A stretch of 64,000 bases of DNA from Candidatus Sumerlaeaceae bacterium (GTDB lineage: Bacteria > Sumerlaeota > Sumerlaeia > Sumerlaeales > Sumerlaeaceae): contig JBMFRB010000001.1 in the NCBI GenBank assembly GCA_049968255.1, forward strand, positions 96,001-160,000. Direction: 5' to 3'. The translations under genes and the position numbers were made by a program. The notes under the pieces were generated by a model. The model was not told where the DNA came from and did no database searches. It saw nothing but the letters and a program-made list of their open reading frames with translations. Positions within the stretch are counted from its first letter, which is position 1. Every line of letters starts with the position of its first letter. Of this stretch, positions 60,194 to 64,000 are shown one piece after another.

Positions 60194-61204
60194 CTATTTG
60201 AGCCGCGCCACCACAGCATCTGTAAACTGTGTCGTTGTAGCGTTTCCGCCTAGGTCTGGTGTGAGACAGCTTTTGTCGCTCAACGCGTCGTAAACGGCCT
60301 TTTCAACACGGGAGGCAGCTTCATGCTCGCCTAGCCAACGCAGCATCAGCACGCCACTGAGGATGAGAGCTGTAGGATTTGCAATGTTGCGTCCCGCAAT
60401 GTCAGGGGCACTGCCATGGACCGCCTCAAATACGGCGACATCTGCACCTATGTTTGCGGCGGGCACGACCCCCAGTCCGCCGACAAGTCCGGCGCACAGG
60501 TCGCTTACAATGTCACCGTAGAGATTCTCGAGCAGCAGCAAATCGAATTGTGAGGGATCACGGACAAGCTGCATGCACAGGTTGTCCACGATGATTTCCG
60601 TATATTGAATGTCGGGAAAGTCTTTAGCGGCACGTCTGCAGCACTCGAGGAAAAGCCCATCGCTGAGTTTCATGATATTGGCTTTGTGAACAGCGGTGAC
60701 TTTTTTGCAGCTGTTTTTTCTGGCATATTCGAAAGCAAAGCGTGCAATGCGTAGCGAGGCTGCCTCGGTAATGACCTTTAGGCTTTCGACGACACCTGGC
60801 ACAACGATGTGCTCGAGACCAGAGTAAAGGTCTTCTGTATTCTCGCGAATGACCACGAGGTCCACATTCTCATACCGTGTCTTTATCGCGGGAATAGATT
60901 TTGCCGGCCGCACATTTGCGTAAAGATTGAGTTTCTGGCGAATCGCGACATTTGCGCTGGCAAAGCCGCCACCAACAGGCGTGGTGATCGGCCCTTTGAG
61001 CGCCACACCGTTTCGGCGAATTGAGTGGAACACGTGCTCCGGAACTGGCGTCCCGTATTTGACCATGACTTCTCCACCCGCTTCGACCTCCTCCCACTCG
61101 AATGGCAGCCCCGTGGCTTCTAGTACGCGTACTGCAGCCGTTGTGACTTCCGGGCCAATGCCATCACCTGGAACTAGCGTAACACGATAGGATTTAGAGC
61201 TCAC
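60194..61204 (-). CDS. Isocitrate/isopropylmalate dehydrogenase family enzyme (NAD-IDH-like)
   Basis: VTLVPGDGIGPEV, LKGPITTP, RENTEDLY, VHKANIMK, NLYGDIVSDL, FEAVHGSAPDIAG; GTG start after AAGGAG. Confidence 0.92.
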   Translation of the reverse strand: MSSKSYRVTLVPGDGIGPEVTTAAVRVLEATGLPFEWEEVEAGGEVMVKYGTPVPEHVFHSIRRNGVALKGPITTPVGGGFASANVAIRQKLNLYANVRPAKSIPAIKTRYENVDLVVIRENTEDLYSGLEHIVVPGVVESLKVITEAASLRIARFAFEYARKNSCKKVTAVHKANIMKLSDGLFLECCRRAAKDFPDIQYTEIIVDNLCMQLVRDPSQFDLLLLENLYGDIVSDLCAGLVGGLGVVPAANIGADVAVFEAVHGSAPDIAGRNIANPTALILSGVLMLRWLGEHEAASRVEKAVYDALSDKSCLTPDLGGNATTTQFTDAVVARLK

Positions 61205-61289
61205 CGTGATGTTCTCCTTGTGAACGGTTTTGAAATTGACTGCCAAGTCATTGCGGCGCCAGAACTGTGCCGCGAAAGCAGTAGTATCC

Positions 61290-62978
61290 ATGGCTGGCCG
61301 GAAAAAGCGCAAGGGGGAAGTACTAGCAAACGCCTCAGCACAGCAGTTCTGCTCGAAATGGCCGAGGCGCACGATTCTGGCGTTCTTTCTCTTTTTGCTG
61401 ATCGTTGTGTATCTGTATCGCTGGGCAACGCACCCCCCGGCGGTCAAGCAGGCCGAAGGACAAGTCAAACGCGACAGACTTCGCTACGCCATGGGTGAAA
61501 CTCTCGCCTTCAGCGAACCCGCGCTCGCACAGACGACAGAAAACGCACTCTGGCTAGCGCAAGTGTGCGAGGGGCTCGTACGGTTTCATGCTGACTCAGT
61601 GGAGGTTGAACCAGCACTCGCGGAAAGCTACAGTGTGTCGCCCGACGGCAAGGAATGGACATTTCGCTTGCGACAAAACGTGCAATTTCATGATGGCACA
61701 CTGCTCGATGCAAGCGCCGTGCGCTTTGGCTTCATGCGCCTTGTTGACCCGAACCACCCTTATCATCTGCCCGCAGCGCTGCCGGTGGCCCGAGCAATCT
61801 TCGGCGATGAACGCAACCCGCACAGTTGTTACCTGCGTGATATTCGCACGCCGGACGACCACACAGTCGTCTTGGTGTTTTCACAACCCGACGCAGGACT
61901 TCTCCGACGCCTGGCCCGCGTGGAGGCAGCGCTCAATAGCCCAAGGGCTGTGCAGACAGCTGCGGCAGAAGGTCAAACGACAGTCGTCGGGACCGGTCCG
62001 ATGCGAGTGAAATTTATACGCCAGGGGTTCTCCGTGACACTTGAGCGAAACGAAGCCTATTGGGGAAAACTCGCTTCGATCCGCGAGCTTGAATTCCGCA
62101 GCGTGCCGGAGACCAATGATCGCGAACGGGCGCTGCGCGAGGGCCAATGCGATATCGCACAGAGATTTCCGCCCGCACGGTCTTGGGAGCTGCGACAAAC
62201 CAAAAACCTAAAGGTATACGACGGGCCAGCGATGCATCAATGCGTGCTGTGGTTGAATCTCAACTCGGCACCCCTGAACGAAGTAGCTGTTCGCAGTGCG
62301 ATCGCTGTGGCGCTCGACCGCAAGGCTGCCACAGACTCCATGCTTAGGCGTTTTGCTACACCTGCCTATTCCTTTTTCCCCGTGTCAGTGGGCGACGGCC
62401 CGACGACGGAGGTCTTGCCTCGTGGCGCAGAACGGGCGCGGGCAAAACTTCTTCTCGAGCAGGTGGGATTCAACGAAGGCTTCACCCTGAAATTGTTGAC
62501 CCCCAGCGAGGAAAAGATTTGGAACCCCGTTGGGAAAGCGTTGGGCGTTTGGCTTGCAGATCAGCTCCGAGATCTCAAGATCAATCTCGTGTGTGAGACA
62601 CTCCCAACCGATGAAGTTCGTCGGCGAATCATGGCGGGCGATTTTCAGGCGGCTCTGTGGGGACTCGCAACGCCGGCGGGCGATGCTGTTGATTTTGTGC
62701 GCCAACTCATGCCTCTTGCAGAAGTAAGTGGAGCGGCCCGTCTTCTTTCTCAGCCACCTGCAGCAGAGTTGCTCGGTGATGCGACACGCGCTGCGACAGC
62801 GCTGGATCGCCAGTCAGCTATGACGCGATTGAATGCGTGGCTTGCGAAAAACCTTCCCTGGGTTCCACTGTTTCAAGCCCATCAAGCGATCGTCTGCCGA
62901 CGTGAGATTGGCGGGTTCATCCTCAATCCTCTGGGCCAACATCGCCTCTGGGAGCTCTGGTGGGACATAAGGAGGTAA
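61290..62978 (+). CDS. ABC transporter substrate-binding protein, family 5 (DppA/OppA-like)
   Basis: EGLV..VEPALAESYSVSPDGKEWTFRLRQNVQFHDGT, VGTGP, ERNEAYWG. Confidence 0.9.
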   Translation: MAGRKKRKGEVLANASAQQFCSKWPRRTILAFFLFLLIVVYLYRWATHPPAVKQAEGQVKRDRLRYAMGETLAFSEPALAQTTENALWLAQVCEGLVRFHADSVEVEPALAESYSVSPDGKEWTFRLRQNVQFHDGTLLDASAVRFGFMRLVDPNHPYHLPAALPVARAIFGDERNPHSCYLRDIRTPDDHTVVLVFSQPDAGLLRRLARVEAALNSPRAVQTAAAEGQTTVVGTGPMRVKFIRQGFSVTLERNEAYWGKLASIRELEFRSVPETNDRERALREGQCDIAQRFPPARSWELRQTKNLKVYDGPAMHQCVLWLNLNSAPLNEVAVRSAIAVALDRKAATDSMLRRFATPAYSFFPVSVGDGPTTEVLPRGAERARAKLLLEQVGFNEGFTLKLLTPSEEKIWNPVGKALGVWLADQLRDLKINLVCETLPTDEVRRRIMAGDFQAALWGLATPAGDAVDFVRQLMPLAEVSGAARLLSQPPAAELLGDATRAATALDRQSAMTRLNAWLAKNLPWVPLFQAHQAIVCRREIGGFILNPLGQHRLWELWWDIRR

Positions 62979-62981
62979 GGC

Positions 62982-64000
62982 ATGGAGTCGTCGGCGAGGC
63001 ACAGGAAAGAGGGAAACGCCTCCTCCTCGGATCACAAGCGAGGGGAACTGTCGCCAGAACAAAAGAAGGCGATTGATCGGCGTGGTCATGCCGTGGTCCT
63101 GGCCGGCGCGGGGTCGGGAAAAACAAGCGTCATCGTCCAATGGTATTGTCGTGCGCTTCTTGACTACTTCCCGACGGCAAGCGTCGAAGACGTGATTGCG
63201 GTGACCTTCACGGAAAAGGCTGCGTCCGAGCTCAAGGCGCGCATCCGCAAACAATTGAAAAACCTTCGTTCAGAATTTGCGAAGGGCACCGACTCCCAAA
63301 GCAGAGATCGCATCGAGCGAATCAATCACGTAAACAGCTTCCTGATGCTGGCACCAATCGGCACAATTCACGCTCTTTGCGCGCGTTTGCTCCGGCGGTT
63401 CTGGCGCGAAGCAGGAGTCGACCCTTACTTTGTCATCGTGGAGGAAGTCCAGCAGTTTGACCTTATCCAGCAAGCCGTAGAGCGAGCAATCGACCTGTGG
63501 GAAAGTGCAGGCACCGAGCAGCCGGGGAAACTGGCCGTGCTTTTTGCCGCATTTGGCTCGCCTAAGCGACTTCGGGCTGAAATGGCAGAGATGCTGAGGC
63601 GGCGCGCGGAATTTCTAAAGCCATGCGAGAACTTCTGCCAGAAGTCTAGCGAGCAGTTGCACAAGGAGTGGCTAGCCACAGCACGGGAAAATGCGTTTCT
63701 CATCACAGCCCCCGCGAAGGAGAAGTTGGAGAAGGCAGCGCAGCAGATTCGCAGCAAGCTTTGCCCTGAGAAGATCCCCTTTGTCGTGGATCAACTCTTG
63801 CCGCGAATCGAGGAGTTCGAATCGCGACCTGACGACGACGGGGAGAAATGGCGGTTCGCCTCTGAGTGGCTCTCGTTGATGTTTCCTGCCGATGGGACTC
63901 TGACCGAAGAGCTGCTGGCTGCCCTAGGCGGGCAAAAGCGTCTTTCTGGCTTGAACGAGCTCAGAGAAATTCATGAGCTGCTAAGAGCCTTGTTTGACCC
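62982..64000 (+). CDS. UvrD/AddA(RecB)-type helicase, 3'-partial
   Basis: Manual translation gives LSPEQKKAI..VVLAGAGSGKTSV..VIAVTFTEKAASELKARIR..IGTIHALCARLLR. It is absent from the ORF track, consistent with running off the window. Confidence 0.88.
   Translation, partial: MESSARHRKEGNASSSDHKRGELSPEQKKAIDRRGHAVVLAGAGSGKTSVIVQWYCRALLDYFPTASVEDVIAVTFTEKAASELKARIRKQLKNLRSEFAKGTDSQSRDRIERINHVNSFLMLAPIGTIHALCARLLRRFWREAGVDPYFVIVEEVQQFDLIQQAVERAIDLWESAGTEQPGKLAVLFAAFGSPKRLRAEMAEMLRRRAEFLKPCENFCQKSSEQLHKEWLATARENAFLITAPAKEKLEKAAQQIRSKLCPEKIPFVVDQLLPRIEEFESRPDDDGEKWRFASEWLSLMFPADGTLTEELLAALGGQKRLSGLNELREIHELLRALFD

Overview
A gene-dense bacterial chromosomal window with no rRNA, tRNA, CRISPR array or intact mobile element that I could recognise. 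Its gene content fits a diderm lineage such as Sumerlaeota/BRC1, but this is an unverified inference. It contains: a partial giant TPR protein (>1,890 aa) with an N-terminal primase-type Zn finger, which the ORF track misses; a SPOR-TM membrane protein; an AmmeMemoRadiSAM locus whose radical SAM enzyme carries a Tat-like signal; groESL behind a sigma-54-type promoter; rplY and rpsT; stand-alone nuoH, rpsG and sdhA; a dinB/imuB-dnaE2 cassette with a LexA-type box; comM; a fluoride-response operon (riboswitch-like leader, MFS, DUF6062-like gene, dynamin pseudogene, two DUF190 genes, crcB); a PilT-like ATPase; and a partial AddA-like helicase. The strongest novel signal is that five signal-peptide-bearing proteins from three unrelated families end in the same tail, [VL]-x-x-W-x-[LV]-[YFE]-COOH. 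This looks like an undescribed C-terminal secretion or sorting signal.
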